From Tubiluchus corallicola (Eukaryota > Animalia > Priapulida), in the NCBI GenBank assembly GCA_030141605.1, contig JAQGDQ010000626.1:40059-104058 (forward strand): a stretch of DNA of 64,000 nt, read 5' to 3'. A program made the position numbers and the translations under genes. Each line of letters begins with the position of its first letter. The first letter of the stretch is position 1. Below, in pieces: positions 63,392-64,000 of the stretch. A model generated the notes under the pieces. It was not told the origin of the DNA. It did not search any database and saw only the letters and a program-made list of their open reading frames with translations.

Positions 63392-63770
63392 TGTGTCTGT
63401 GCGTGCGTGTTTGTTTGTGTGTATCTGTGTGTGTGCGTGCGTGTTTGTTTGTGTGTATCTGTGTGTGTGCGTGCGTGTTTGTTTGTGTGTATCTGTGTGT
63501 GTGTGCGTGCGTGTTTGTTTGTGTGTATCTGTGTGTGTGTGTGCGTGTGTGTGTGTGCGTGTTTGTTTGTGTGTATCTGTGTGTGTGCGTGCGTGTATGT
63601 GTGTGTGTTTGCGTGTATGTGTGTGTGTGTTTGCGTGTATCTGTGTGTGTGCGTGCGTGTGCGTGTGTGCGTGAATGTGTGTGTGTTTGTTTGTGTGTAT
63701 CTGTGCGTGTGCGTGCGTGTGTGCATGTGTGTGCGTGAATGTGTATATGTGGTTGCGCGTGCATGCGTGC
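63392..63770. repeat. Degenerate (TG)-based minisatellite
   Basis: Repeated GTGTTTGTTTGTGTGTATCTGTGTGTGTGCGTGC. Confidence 0.9.
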
Positions 63771-64000
63771 GTTCGCGATCTTTTTTTTAAATTTAGCTTA
63801 GTAACTTAATATTTAGTTTGTGTGATTTTACTAACTTGGTAGTGATTGATAGCTTAAGTTGCGTTCATTTTTTCCCGTTGGATAAAGAGTTTCTGCCCAT
63901 TTATTTTCACACTGTTGCAAGTTTTGACAATTTGTTGTCTTTTCGTTTCAAATAATCAAATCTTCTTTGTTTGTTTTAACTGCGTATAGCCAACAAACGC

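Overview
AT-rich, intron-containing metazoan (probably invertebrate) genomic DNA with many repeats; no prokaryotic features. I rebuilt three spliced genes by hand from GT/AG sites and reading-frame phase. (1) A + strand 3-exon gene (7700-11276, about 911 aa) encodes an unrecognised, low-complexity protein with a single C-terminal transmembrane anchor and many repeated short linear motifs. (2) A - strand 11-exon CD39/GDA1-family cell-surface NTPDase gene (35485-17413, 597 aa) has all five apyrase conserved regions and two TM helices. Its first coding exon encodes a ubiquitin-like domain that splices in frame onto the enzyme; this is the most unusual finding in the window. (3) The first two coding exons of an ARID5B-like gene (+ strand, 39810-40764) are followed by more than 23 kb of apparent intron. 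The rest is transposon-derived or tandemly repeated: three copies of a 5S-rRNA-headed SINE with an RTE-type tail, a complete bipartite non-autonomous RTE with a 16-bp TSD, a solo LTR nested in a CR1 fragment, non-autonomous Helitrons, piggyBac-, Tc1/pogo- and foldback-type MITEs, LINE 3' fragments and many mini/microsatellites. Most ORFs in the supplied track are repeat artefacts. Family assignments come from motif recognition, not database searches.
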